A DNA stretch of 64,000 nucleotides. Source: Paraspadella gotoi (Eukaryota; Animalia; Chaetognatha). Shown one piece after another: positions 1 to 12,424 of the stretch (the first letter of the stretch is position 1; each line of letters begins with the position of its first letter). The notes under the pieces are model-generated. The model was not told the DNA's origin. It was given only the letters and a program-made list of their open reading frames with translations, and searched no databases. The DNA lies in NCBI GenBank assembly GCA_051294375.1, contig CM119271.1:12059620-12123619 (forward strand). Direction: 5' to 3'. Made by a program: the position numbers and the translations under genes.

Positions 1-3000
1 GGCGACGATGGTGTCGTACATGTAGCCGAAGCCGATGCTGTTGAGGTGGACGAGGCGCTGCTCGACGGCGCGTTGCAGCTTCCGGATTCGATCCTTGTCT
101 TCGCCGAATCGTTCGTCCACAACGGATTGACTCAAAGAGTGAAACAAAATCTGCGCCGATTGATATTTGGAGAAACTCGAGTCCTGATTCCCGAATATCT
201 CGTCCAGCGCCGCCGTCTGCAAAGGGAAGATTAGATTTGAGGAAAAATTTTAAAAAAAGATGGATTCAGCGACGGCATTGCACGGCCCGAGACAGGACCC
301 GAGATGCCGCGTAAGCCCCTTTGGCCGGGTTGGATAGCCGAGTCGTAGCGGCTACACATATATATTATATATATTATATATTATATAAGCCTGATTGAAA
401 AGGCGTCCAGTTGACCTGGCAGAGTTCGACGGCGTGATTGTAGAGGATCTTGTCGGCCGTGCAGGCGGAGGATCTCCGATTAACGCCGGGGGAGTTGAGG
501 AGATCGAAGGAGCTCAACGTCTTGCACATCGTCAATCCTTTTTTGTAGCGAGAATTGAGTTGACGAATCGTCGCGCGAACGGACTTCGTCGTCGACTTGA
601 AGGGGGGCGGNNNNNNNNNNGTAAGGTTTTTTTCATTTAAAAATATTAAGAAGTTTGGATTATTACTATTGAATTTACCTGCAACCTCCCCTGGGCGATC
701 TCATCTTTGGCCAGTTGCAACGCCGCCCCCGCCAGTTGCAACGCGCGATTGTAGAGGACCAACTGCTCAGCTTTTCGAAGTCCCTCTGGCGAGAGAAGGA
801 ACAAAGAACAAGGACGATTACACCAGCGTTTTGCCAAATACATATTTATAACAGAGGAATATATCTGTATGAGAATGGTTACCCTGATTATACATGACAT
901 CGGTTAATATAGGTTCAGTGGAAATCAATAAACATGATCATTTACTAATGTAAAATATTAATATTAAACTTTTAAGGCAATAGAACAAAAATTTATCAAA
1001 GCTTAATCAGAATACGACAATATGCAAATGAGATAGAGGAACTCAATATCATTTCAGCTAATTCACAAATTAATCTGCGACATATTCTCAAGAGAATTTA
1101 GCGAAACCGTATTCAATTTTTTTCTCGCGAACTTAGCCCATCTTTTTTCCCCTTATTACTAAATTTTTTTGTTTTTCTTTATTTTTTATTCTCCTCTTTT
1201 TTACTTTTTTCTAATTAACAGTTTTTTTTCTTCTTACAACATTTCCTCTCTTTAAAATTGTTATATTTATTTCTCTATTCTCTCTCTCCTTTCTCGCATC
1301 TTTTACAATCCTTATCTCGACGTGATATTTAATAACTAAAAAGACTAAATCCCCCCCCCAAAAAAAAGTAGCGAATTACGTAGATACTACAGAGACGCCA
1401 TCTCACCGCCCCCACCTCCCAAAAAAAAGTCCAATTCCTCTCACCGGAAAGAGTGGAGAGTTGATGCGACGGCGCCCCCGTTCTTCCCGTTTGATTCCTT
1501 CGGTCGTTGTTGTTGTTATTGTTGTTGTTGTTCGAGGCGTCGTTGTCGTCGTCTTCCTCGTCGTCCTCGTCGTCCTCGTCCCGATAGTTATCGTTGCAAA
1601 GCGTGAGATAGGAGAGAGGCGCGGCTCGCGTCTTGGCCACGTCGACCACGCAATCGATGAGCGAGAGGATGTAGGTCAGCTTGCTCATGGTCTCGTTGTG
1701 TTCGGCGGGCAAGAGGGTCTCCTCGGGCAGATCCGGCGCCTCGAAGATCAAAGGGTCTTCGAAGTTGGAGGGAGAAGCGGCGAAGACGCAAGGGGCGCCG
1801 CCGCCCGGGCTGGAAGGAGACTGCGCCATGGGAGAACCTTCGGGCAGAGAAGGAGTGCGACGGAGAGAAGAAGGAAAATCGGGGACGAAGATGGGATTGG
1901 CGGCGAAGGGGGCGTGGTCGATGCGGCGCGGCGGAGATGTCGCCACCGTCGACGAGGGCGTCGGGTTGATAGCGTCGTCGATCTCAGTTGAGATCGAATC
2001 GGTGTTGGTTCCCATGTCGACGCCGAGACCTTGTGACAAAATGGGGATTCCGTAGTGGCAGCCGAGAACACGCACGCACGCACGCCACGCTCTCTCTCTC
2101 TCTCTCTCTCCACAATCCGCTCACCCGTCATCTTGGCCAATGAAAAAGGTCGTGTTTGGCCGAAGCCTTTGCGCGGCGCCGAGGGCGCCGACCCGGAACC
2201 GGCGTCGGAGATCCGATTAACGCCGGTAGCGAGAGAGACGCTCCTGGGTTTGTCGAATCCCGAGAAGGCGCCGAGAGGATGGAATCCCTGTAGCGCCATC
2301 GCCGACTCCGGACCGGGAAACGTCTCGCCGGAGGGACCGACGGAATTGGTGGGAGAACCGAGGATCGTCGGGAGGGTCTTGTCGCGTCGGAGAGGCGTCG
2401 CTGATGGAATGAATGAATTCATTAAATGAATGAATGAATGAATATGAATTAAGAAATGGGTATTAGTAATTCAAAGCATACCACTTTATTAATGATTACA
2501 CAAATGTGAAACAAACGCCGAAATTAAATTTGGCTCAAAAAATGAAAGATCATGTGATTTTACACACATGTACTTCAGTATTACACCAGTTTCGACAACT
2601 CAGTGTTGCTAAGCGAGTACACGATGCGCAAGTAATAAGTGCAGTATTTTTACATAAAATGAATTTTAATAAGAATATTAGCAATCATTAATAAACAAAT
2701 ACAAAAAAAACAAAAAACACCAACATGACCCCCCCCCCCAAAAAAAAAAGAGCCCCGTTTCCTCACCCGACGGCATCGGCATCGGCGCCGGCGAACCCGC
2801 GTTCCGATCCAAAGCAAAGTTGCCAAAGTTCCTCCTCAGCCTCGGACCCGCGGCGGGGGGCGGCGTGCCCACGAAGAACTGGACGTTGGGCGGGTCCATG
2901 TTGATGGCGGGAACCGGGGTAGGGGAGTCGGGAAGAGGTTGTTGACCGGGCAAAGGGAGGGCAGGTGGTTCGGTGGCGGGCAGAGGAGGAGGTGGGGAAG

Positions 3001-5721
3001 AGGGCTGAGGGGAAACGAAACTCCTGCGACCGGAAGTCGAGTTGGCGTTGTCGACGCCCGAAGAACGCTGCTGTTGCTTCGACTGCTGTTGCTGCGAACG
3101 AATTTTCTGCTGCGAGCGGTGCTGCGACTCGATCTGCCTAAAGGCTTCGACCTGAGAGGGGACGGGGATGGGTTGGGAATCGAGCGCCCCGCCGCTGCGA
3201 GATCTCTCCTTTAGAGTCGGCGTCGTGGCGGCCGCGGCTGCGGCGCCGGGTGGGCTGGGCGACCCCAAAGAAGAAGATCCCACGACCCCGGAGAGGCGCT
3301 GTGGAAGAGAAGCGGCGTGTTTCAACGCCGGAGGAGCGCCAGACTGCGGACTTCCGGCCGACGGCGTCAACATTTCTTTGGAACCAACGCGACGGACGGC
3401 GGACCTGCCGCCGCCACCGCCGAGATTGGCGGCGAAGCGGGGATGTTGAGAGAAGGAAGGATGGTTGGGGGAGTTGGCCATCGGATCTTCAGGAAGGTTG
3501 GCTGGAACGAGGACGAAATCCTCGAATCCAACGGGAGACGGAGTTTTGTGACACAGAGGCACCGTCGGGCCTTTGGGGGATGGATGGAGAGAGAGAGAGA
3601 AAAAGAGAGAGAGAGAGAGACGGAAAATAAATAAACTTAAATTAGATCGTTTCTTCCAGGTGAAGATTTAAAAAAAAAAAAAAAAAAAAAAAAACGACAA
3701 CGACGCCACTTATGAGCAAAACCACAGCAAAATCGTCGCAAACGCAGAGCGATTGCGACGATAAAAAATTAAATAATATTCAGTTAAAATACATTTTCAT
3801 AAAAAGTTAACAATCGGGAATTTAAAAAAAATCCTGGTTTCAATTAAAAGCGAGTCGATTTTCAGGAATATCATGAAAAATCCTGTTTTTTTTTTTAGAT
3901 TCTTCTTTTTCGAACGTCTTATTATATCTCGTTTCAGACTCTCCGCTGCAGCAGGCGCTGCAGCCGCGGCGACAGCGCGTATCTCGCTTCGCAGCAGCAG
4001 CGACTCTTCAATTCTCTATATAATAATGATTAACGAAACGGGATAAGATTTTCCTGTCCAACGCGTTTGTTTCACTTATTTTTCGAAGAGCGGAGGGAAT
4101 TCCATTGTGAGTCAAAAACCAGTATGAGCTCATTCTTCTCGCTTCTACTAGTAAATATTATGTTCTCTTTACTACTTGAAATAAAATTCGATTATTTTAA
4201 AAATATATTTAACTTAAATCAAATTAATGTTATATAGAAAAAGTCAGAAAATACCAACCATTAACAACATTGCCGTTGGTCGCGCCGGGCTGTTGGTTCG
4301 CGGATCCAGCGTTGGGTCTCGGCGTCGGAACGCTCTGCTTTCGATTGGGCGCGCCGTTCTGTACAGACGCCGGCGACGGCGCCGGACCGCGTTGATTGGA
4401 CGAGACGCCGGTTTGGCTGGGAGTCATCGGCGGCGTCGACAAGCGCCGCGTCGATCCGGCGCCGTGGGGAGAATAATTAAGAGCGCCGACGGAGTTGGGG
4501 CGGGCGACTCTGACGAATCCTCCGTCGACCTGGTCATAGGAAACTCAAATATTTATTACAGGGGTCAAAATTCATTAAAGAGGGTCCAATATTCATTACA
4601 GGGGTCAAGATTCATAACAGAGGTCGAAGTTCAGTCGAGAACAACCTGAGAATTCTTAAAAATTCAGTTCATCATCTGAAAAAAAAGAGATACTTTCTAG
4701 CTCCAAGAACGTTTAGGAAAAAAAAAAACCTCGTTCAAATCCGAAGCGGGAAGTCCGGATCCCCTGCTAGTGGGCGTGCCAAGTCCCGTCTGATTTCCGG
4801 GAGTGCCGGAAGTGGGCGTGCCCACGCCGTAATGTTGGAGGAGGTTGTCGTTGACGGGGGTGGCGTTGAAGACGTTGGAGAGCGGGGACTCGCTGACGGT
4901 GGCGACTCTCGGCGGAGAGGAGGCCGTCGAGGACGCCGTCGATATGTGGCGCTGACGAGCGACTGGAGGAGGAGGGGGTTGTCAAAGAGTCTTCCGTATT
5001 TACATTTGATTTGATTGATTGATTGATTGATTTTATCAACTTTTCGTGAGGAATTCGAATCTGCTTTTAAAAATAAGAAAAAAACATTTTAAAATTTTCA
5101 CAGTACTATGTATAAATATGGGCGTATGCGAAAATTGAAAAATAAAAATTAAATTTTTTTTATTTAAAAATGTTCACAGGTACAAAGCCTGTTCGTGATC
5201 TACTATTCGAATTTTGATTCTATTTGATTTTAATATTTTTGCTACGCTTTAAAAAGAAAAAGACTTCATTTTGTTTTTGTTATGAATGACTATTGTTATC
5301 GTTATCATTTTTGCCCTATAAGTATTTGGTCGCGATATTTGAGTCGTCAAATTTATCATTTTTTTCTTAAATGAAATGATACAGGAGCCGACAATGATTG
5401 TCATAGTCAACACTACAATATGCAAATGAGATTGACGAACTCGAAAATTCTAAATCTCATTTTTCATATAATCAAGTTCATCTCTAATCCATGTTCATCT
5501 CCAATACATCAATCACCTTGTAAATTGTTGTGGCCTTGATTCTGAAAGTGGGCGCCGGTATGGCCGGCGGCGGGTTGCGGGACCGGTACTGGTTCCGACG
5601 CCGGCGGACTACGAGAAGCCGCCCCTTCTCCGGCGTCAAACGGCGTCGAGTTCCGCGGCGGCGTCCTCGATTGGACGTTGCCCATAGCGATGGCCGCCTG
5701 CATCGCTGCTGTCGGCCAGCC

Positions 5722-5787
<66 letters not shown>

Positions 5788-8386
5788 AGAGCTAAATCCA
5801 AATAACTTCAAATCACTTAAAATTTCCAGAAAATACCCGGAAAGTGAAAAAAAAAGAACAATACCCTTACTCTAGAGAAGAAGGGATGCATGAAGAACTG
5901 ATAAAAAAAAGACATCCCCCTACCGGGAACTCTGGAGAAGAAGGGATGCATGAAGAACTGATAAAAAAAACACCCCCCTACCGGGAACTCTGGAGAAGAA
6001 GGGATGCATGAAGAACTGATCGAAGGGGATTCTGTCTCTCGCGTTGCGTTTGAGGAGACGAAGAAGAAGGTCGCGCATCTCGTGCGAAGTCGCGGACGGG
6101 ATCGCCGGCGTCAAGTGATGATTCTTTTCGTAAAAGTGCTTCAGCGCCTGTAAACCAAAGAGGCGAATAATAATTTAATAACAATTCCGATAAGTTCGAA
6201 TTAAAACTTTATTAAAACTGAGGAGTGAAAAGGTCAAGCTTAATAGGGTTATAATTATAAAAATAATTTTAAGTCATTACGTTTAAATAATATGTTATAA
6301 TAATATGTCCAACAAATATTTTGTAAATATGACTTGGAAATAATTGTTATCGTTATCAAACGTTATTAAAACTGCTAGTTCCCCACGTTACCTGAGGGGA
6401 AGAGGCTTGAAAAGGCGCCCTTCCGGTCAAGCACTGATACATGATGGTTCCGACGCTCCACAAATCAGCCTTGGCGTCGTACTGCTGCGACATGATCACT
6501 TCCGGAGCCATGTACATCGGGGAACCGCAGAGGGTGGCGGCCATGACGCCGTCTTGAAGGAAGCGGGCGAATCCGAAGTCGGCGATCTTCATCGTGATCG
6601 TAGAGGGCGCTGGATGATGGGAAGATCCTTGCATGGAACTCTTCAGGCTCGACGATCCGCGGGTGTGGCACAGAAGGAGGTTCTGCGGCTTGAGATCTCT
6701 GTGGACGATGTCTTTGAGGGTGAGGGCTTTGATGGCCGCCGCGATTTGACGGAAGAACATGCAGATGGTGTCTTCGGAGAGTGTGCCTTTGACCTGGAGG
6801 TAGTCGGCGAGATCGCCTGACGAAAAAATAGGAAATGTATGGCAACAGCCGGGTTGCCTGCGATGACCATTGGGATGGCTTTGGGGGGCTTCCGACCCTC
6901 AGTGAAGCCTCCAGTCACTGGCGCGGTTACCCTTGGACGGTCTCGCTTTGCCAACGCAGAGGGAGGTCGTTAGGACTGTGGATGGAACGCAACGCTTGGG
7001 ATGGTGCGTTCCCACTCTGAGCCAATGGTATTGGCTAAACGATGGTGGATGTGAGGCGGTGAGAATATATATTATATATTAAAAGAATCGTTAATCTCAT
7101 TTGCTTACTATTGAGATAATTCGACGTGAATTCTTTAAAATTTGATTTTATTATTTTAGGGTTAATAAATAAACATTTAAAATTATCAGTATATAAACTA
7201 TATATATATATTTGATCCTCAATTCATCACAAAATTAATTTCCAAAAAACCCATCGCCTCATAATGAATTAATGATACCTCCGTTGCAAAATTCCATGAC
7301 CAGATAGACGTGGGTGGGCGTCTCCTTGCAATCCCAGAGGGCGACGACGTTTTCGTGATGCAACTGAGTGATTTCCTTCAAAATCTTAATCTCTTTTCCC
7401 AAGAGATTTTGGGATTTGGCCAAATTCTTTTTCGTGATCAACTTGACGGCCACCATTTCCTCGGGTTTCTTGGGGGGAAAGAGAGAGAGAGAGAGAGAGA
7501 GAAGAGAGAGACGGAGAGAGATTAAAAAACGACTTTAAAAAAAAGTTGCGTTGCGAGTACTGCTTTAACTTTTGGTTAATTTCGTATATTATGCTAAATC
7601 TGCCCGTTGGTCTGTCCTAAACTGTCCGTTGGTCTGTCCTAAACTGTCGTTGGTCTGTCCTAAACTGTCTGTTGGTCTGTCCTAAACTGTCCGTTGGTCT
7701 GTCCTAAACTGCCCGTTGGTCTGTCCTAAACTGTCCGTTGGTCTGTCCTAAACTGTCCTGTTGGTCTGTCCTAAACTGCCCGTTGGTCTGTCCTAAACTG
7801 TCCGTTGGTCTGTCCTAAACTGTCCGTTGGTCTGTCCTAACAGTGTTTTAGATGCTCATAACTCGGATAATACTGCGACAAATTATTTGTACAGTAAAGT
7901 AAAGTTGTTTTATACTGGTGTAATCACGTGATCCCATGACTAGAAAGTAGGTAAATGCGGCATGATTAATGAATTACGCACACGCAGTCATTTCGGTTAA
8001 TGCTCAGCCAGAGAAGTGTGAAATCTAAGGAATCATTAAATGCTTGTTTTGCAAAATCTTAAGCTTGCCGGTTTTATTTCATTTAGTTGTCCCCGATTCG
8101 GCATAATATTACTTTCGCCGAATGATTTAGGGTCACGCCGGTCACGGTTAGTTAAGGTAAATAAGTAATAATTTTTCTCAATATCTTTTTTTAAAAACTA
8201 AATGCTTTTTAAATTGCTAATTGATATAAGCCAAAATCGGGGAAAGTATAAAATCTTTAAGCGACGACGACGACATCAAGAAAAACAACTGACTTTGCGA
8301 TGTCGTCCTTTGAAGACGACGGCGAAGGCTCCATGACCGATGAGGTCCTTCTTCGAAAACTCGTAGTCTCCCACAGTCTCCGGCAT
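1..8386 (-). CDS. ULK1/2: ULK1/2 (ATG1/UNC-51) Ser/Thr kinase, about 13 exons, 3' end runs off the window
   Basis: Exon 1 reads [31 protein letters not shown]. Kinase motifs [18 protein letters not shown] and [12 protein letters not shown]; LIR-like EDFVLVP; C-terminal [10 protein letters not shown] and AEQLVLY (MIT region). GT-AG exons join in frame: approx. 8294-8386, 7279-7468, 6392-6816, 5982-6147, 5517-5720, 4730-4962, 4259-4529, 2767-3570, 2125-2401, 1445-2029, 679-785, 417-595, 1-216. Confidence 0.95.
611..620. other. Assembly gap
   Basis: Ten N characters inside a ULK intron. Confidence 1.
6838..7069. mobile_element. Inverted, diverged, truncated copy of the 255-bp element
   Basis: Starts TATGGCAACAGCCGGGTTGCC (reverse complement of the family end); lacks the opposite terminus. 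Confidence 0.8.
7597..7841. repeat. Intronic minisatellite, about 10 copies of a ~23-bp unit
   Basis: Unit ACTGTCCGTTGGTCTGTCCTAA repeated head to tail with no spacers. Confidence 0.95.
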
Positions 8387-8840
8387 TTTGTCGTCGTCGT
8401 TGTTGTTGTTGTTGGTTTGATTGGTCAAAGAATCCAACGCATCGTTAATATTCTCAGAATGCGATTACGGTTAATCGAGAATAGCGGATAAGTATCTGAG
8501 CCTCTTCAGGGCTACGAAACGTCTACAGCTTCATCGTTAGGGTCCATCAATTGGTTGTACCAATTTCATTCATCTGCCTTTATCTTGAAACAACAATAAC
8601 GATAACAGTTGGAAAAAAAAAAAAAAGAAAAACGATTTGAGGGAAATTTTTATTTAATTTAACATTTAATTCCTACATCTACACTAGCACATTGCTAGAA
8701 TTAGCTCAACTATAAAACTTTTTGAATTTAAACAACCAACTTTTAATAAAAACAACCCGTCGAATTAATTCTCTCTTCCTTCCCCCCAACAACTCTCAAA
8801 AGCTTGATAAAGCTTGACGAAGCATTACTACAAAGTCCTA

Positions 8841-11800
8841 TCAACTCAAAAGCTTGATTCCCTTCTTGAGCCCGGCCCTGATGCCGGACAATTCCCCTCC
8901 GTATTTGTCCATCTGGTATCGATGTTCTCGCACGGCGCCCTTCCGCCTGATCTTGGCCTTTCTGTATTTCTCTCTCAGCCTGACTCGCGGATTCTTGAGA
9001 TCTTTTCTCTTGTGCGGCGTCAGGCCTCGATTCTTTTCCATCTGCTCCGTCGCTTTTCGCTTCTCCGTCTCGTCGGCCGCGGCGGAAACGGCGGCCGCGT
9101 TTGCTGCCGCGTCCCCTGCGGCGTCCACTGCGGCGTCTCCTTCCTCCCATAAATCCGCTCCTCCGAGTTTTTTCATTTTTTTCAACTTTTCTTCGATCTC
9201 GATGTTAACTTTCGCTCGTTTTCGTTTGACGCCGCCGCGCCCGCCGGAAGCAACTTCCTCCGGCGGCTCGTCCGTCTCGGCGCCGGAATCGTCCTCGTCT
9301 TCGCCGTCTTCATCGTCTTCAACGTCGCCGTTTTCGTCGGCGGCGGCGAACGCTTTCGGAACAGTCGGCCTCAGCTCGACGCCTTCGGCGACCATCTTCA
9401 AAATAGCCTCCGCCTCGGGTTCCAGTCGCTCGTCCAGAGGCTCCAGCTCCTTCATCGTCTTTTTCAATCGAAGCAGCCGCTTGATGACGGGATGGTTGGC
9501 CACGGGAGTCCGTTTGGCCTTCAACATCAAATAAAAGGACATGTTGACGCAGTAGGACATGAGGACGCCGTGTTTGAGGCGAACGTAGTCTGCACCGACG
9601 CCGGGCGGGATTCGGCCGCCCTCGACGAGATCGTGGAGGGGTTGGAATCGGTCGCGCAGTTGGACGAGCGTCGCGGCGTAATCCTTGACGAGACCCAGGA
9701 ATTCGGGACTCTCCTTCTTGAGCAGCTCGAGCCTCTCGCCCTTGGAGAGTCGGGAGACGTCGGGGGCGACTGCTTCTTCTCTCCGTCGTCTTCGGGAGGC
9801 GTCGTCGTCGTCGTCGTCGTCGCGGGTCGTAGACGGAAAGAGATCTATGCCGAAGTCGTCGTCGTCGTATTTAGATTCGATTCTCTTCTGGATGATCTTC
9901 GCTTCCTCCAACTCGAGTCTCCGAGATTCCTCGGCTTCTTCCTCGTCATCTTCGTCGCTCTCCGCGTGATCCGCGCCGTAGTAGGCCGAACTGAAGAAAG
10001 GAAATAAAGGGAGAGACCATCAATTTAAAAGGATTAATAAACTAATAATTTAATAATTTAATAATTTAACAAGCCATCATGCTGCAAAACGGTCCAACGC
10101 TTAGACCTGGGTCATTGGGAAACTGTTCATTTATGCAATGATTAGAACTTGTCAGAAAAGTTAACAATCAATGTCCCTAACTCGGACTGAATCAGAGACA
10201 TTATGATAACGGATTTCTTTGTATTTTTAAATGAAATTCATTCTTTGAACAGAGTAACTTAACAAATGAGTGTGGCTGTTCGTATAGTCACACCGCCTCA
10301 CCACTGACTCTGACTTGACTCGGCCCAATCCCAATCAAACGTTGCTTCCGACTTCCTCTCAAAGTATGAAGCCCTCTAACGTCATCAGGTAAGAGATACA
10401 ATGAGATACAATGAGATACAATGCTCATTTTCTTACCTCTTCGTTGTGCCCCATTTGCCAGCCTTTTCGTTTCGATCCCCGGCCTCCTCTTCCTCCTCCT
10501 CCTCCTCCTCCTCATCCAAACCCTTTCTCTGACGTTTGAGACGATTCATCTGAATCTTTATCGTTTCGTTCATCTCGTCGTCGCTATCGTCGTCGCTATC
10601 GTCGTCGTCGTCGAACTTGAGGACCTCATCCTCTCCTCCGCTGGGCGAATCGTCGTCGTCGTCGTAGAGGTTTCCTCCTGTAAAATATATTTCGAGGATA
10701 TAATAAAAAAAATGAGGCAACGATAATACTACTACTATAATGCTACTTGGTATTTACGACGACATGCATAGTGGAGTTTTCGAGTAATATGCAATGTTAG
10801 GTAGGAAGGAAAATAAATTCTTAATACATTTAACTAAAGTTTAAAAAAAAAAGAGACCTTCTATATTATACTATAGGCTACTTATAGTACTTATAGAAAC
10901 GAATGTCAAGTTGGATTTCAAGAAATCGATTTTATCTCATTTCCTTCGCCATTTTCATCAAGTCCGCCACCACTGCATTTTGGAAACTCATAATATATAG
11001 TAAGGCGTAATAAAATTTCTAAATTTAACTTTAATTAAATTCTAAAAGTGAGGAACGAACAATATTATACTAATGAACATTTATGTATAAAAAAAATTTA
11101 TAATAAATTTTTCAATTTACGCAGTAGGCCATATTTATACTAGTACTAATCCAATAAATGTTAAAATTTCAAAACAGTTTTTTCAAAGATTTTTTTGCAG
11201 ATTTGGATTCGTCATAAAAAGTTGATAAAAAGAAATATAACTTTTTTTAAAAAATTCCTTCATTAAGTGGGTCAAAAATTAGAAAAAGCTATATTTTAAG
11301 CTGAAAATCAACTTTTTATATATTAAATATAGTTTTTGTAATTTTTAACCCACTTAATGAAAGAATTTTTAAAAATAATTTATATTTTCTTTTATCAACT
11401 TTTGACGAGGAATTCAAATCTGCAATCAAAATTAAGAAAAGCCTATTTTGAAATTTTTCGATTTTATAAGGATAGTACTATATATAAATATAGCCTACTG
11501 CGAAAATTAAAAAACATAAAATTAATTTTTTTTACAAATTAATGTTTACTGATGGTATGTTGTTCATAATTGACCTTTAGAATTTTCGTACGTAACTTTC
11601 ACTACGCCTTAATATATAGAGTTACATTACAATTTAAGTATAATTATCATTAATCCCGCAACCACTAAAACCAGCAGAGTTCTCGGATCCAGAGAGCGCC
11701 CGATCTCAAACACTGACCCGCTTTTTCCAAGAGGATCTTGTCTCTGCCTTTGTGAAACTGATCGATATCGTCTTCGTAGAGGTCGTCGTCGTCGTCGCCG

Positions 11801-11919
11801 ATGTCGTCGAACTTGGCGGCGACGTCTCTGTCTTCGTCGCCGAGATCGAAGCCTCGATCCGAGGCGGGCGCCGTCTTCGCCGAAGAGCCTCCTCGTCGTC
11901 GTCCCTTCTTTTTAGCCAT
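8841..11919 (-). CDS. UTP3: SSU processome subunit UTP3/SAS10, 3 exons
   Basis: Acidic N-terminus, Sas10/Utp3/C1D region (ESPEFLGLV, YCVNMSFYLMLKA, HPVIKRL) and Sas10 C-terminal motif KNRGLTPHKRKDLKNPRVRLREKY...YGGELSGI. Exons approx. 11718-11919, 10437-10677, 8841-9990, with consistent phases. Confidence 0.95.
10271..10400. mobile_element. 130-bp TGT...ACA element, possible solo LTR
   Basis: ATGAG on both sides; 5' end shares TGTGGC...CACACCGCCTCAC with the 255-bp family. The right boundary is blurred by an ATGAGATACA tandem. Confidence 0.5.
11001..11611. mobile_element. hAT-like fold-back MITE
   Basis: Termini TAAGGCGTA...TACGCCTTA, 8-bp TSD ATATATAG, long internal inverted repeat (11190-11280 vs 11340-11425). 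Related fragments at about 5030-5252 and 59880-60050. Confidence 0.8.
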
Positions 11920-12424
11920 CGTCCAACAAATTATATTTAGATTATCTTTTCCCTTTTATTTTAAAATTAAAAAAACCTGCCGAAGAAAAAAAGTGGCCGA
12001 ATATGGTTTAATTGTAGACGTATATATAATCTTCATCATTTTTTTTAAAAAAATTTTTAAAATAATATTGTAACAAATTTGATGAAATTATTTTTTTTTT
12101 TTGGATCGGGCGATGAGTAAATTTTAAAATAATGCACTTGCGTGGATGTAAAAAAGATCAAGAAAAAAAAAACACAAAAATTTCGAAAAATTATGTAAAC
12201 ATGAAAAATATCACCAGTGAGAGAAAAAACGAACGCAACCGTTAAAAGAATTGGTTTTTTTTGGGTCATTAATGTAGAACAATTGTGATTAAGGTACAGG
12301 TAAAGGTCGAGTTATCCAAGAATATTTGATTAAGATGTAAAGATTTGAAGAAGCCGCGAATGGGCAGGACTACGTGACGAGTCCACATCATTTCCACATT
12401 TCCCGACTCCCGCTCTTCCAACTT

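Noticed and set aside
3660-4140. GC-rich patch and 41-codon ORF inside a ULK intron (alternative promoter or exon)
   Set aside because: The flanking exons join in phase without it, and there is no convincing splice pair or homology.
7597-7841. Regular short repeats resembling a CRISPR array
   Set aside because: Head-to-tail units with no unique spacers, in a eukaryotic intron; a minisatellite.
8490-8532. Hammerhead-like sequence (CTGA...stem...CGAAACGTC)
   Set aside because: The CUGANGA core is incomplete on the strand carrying GAAAC and stem I is weak; at most a degenerate remnant.
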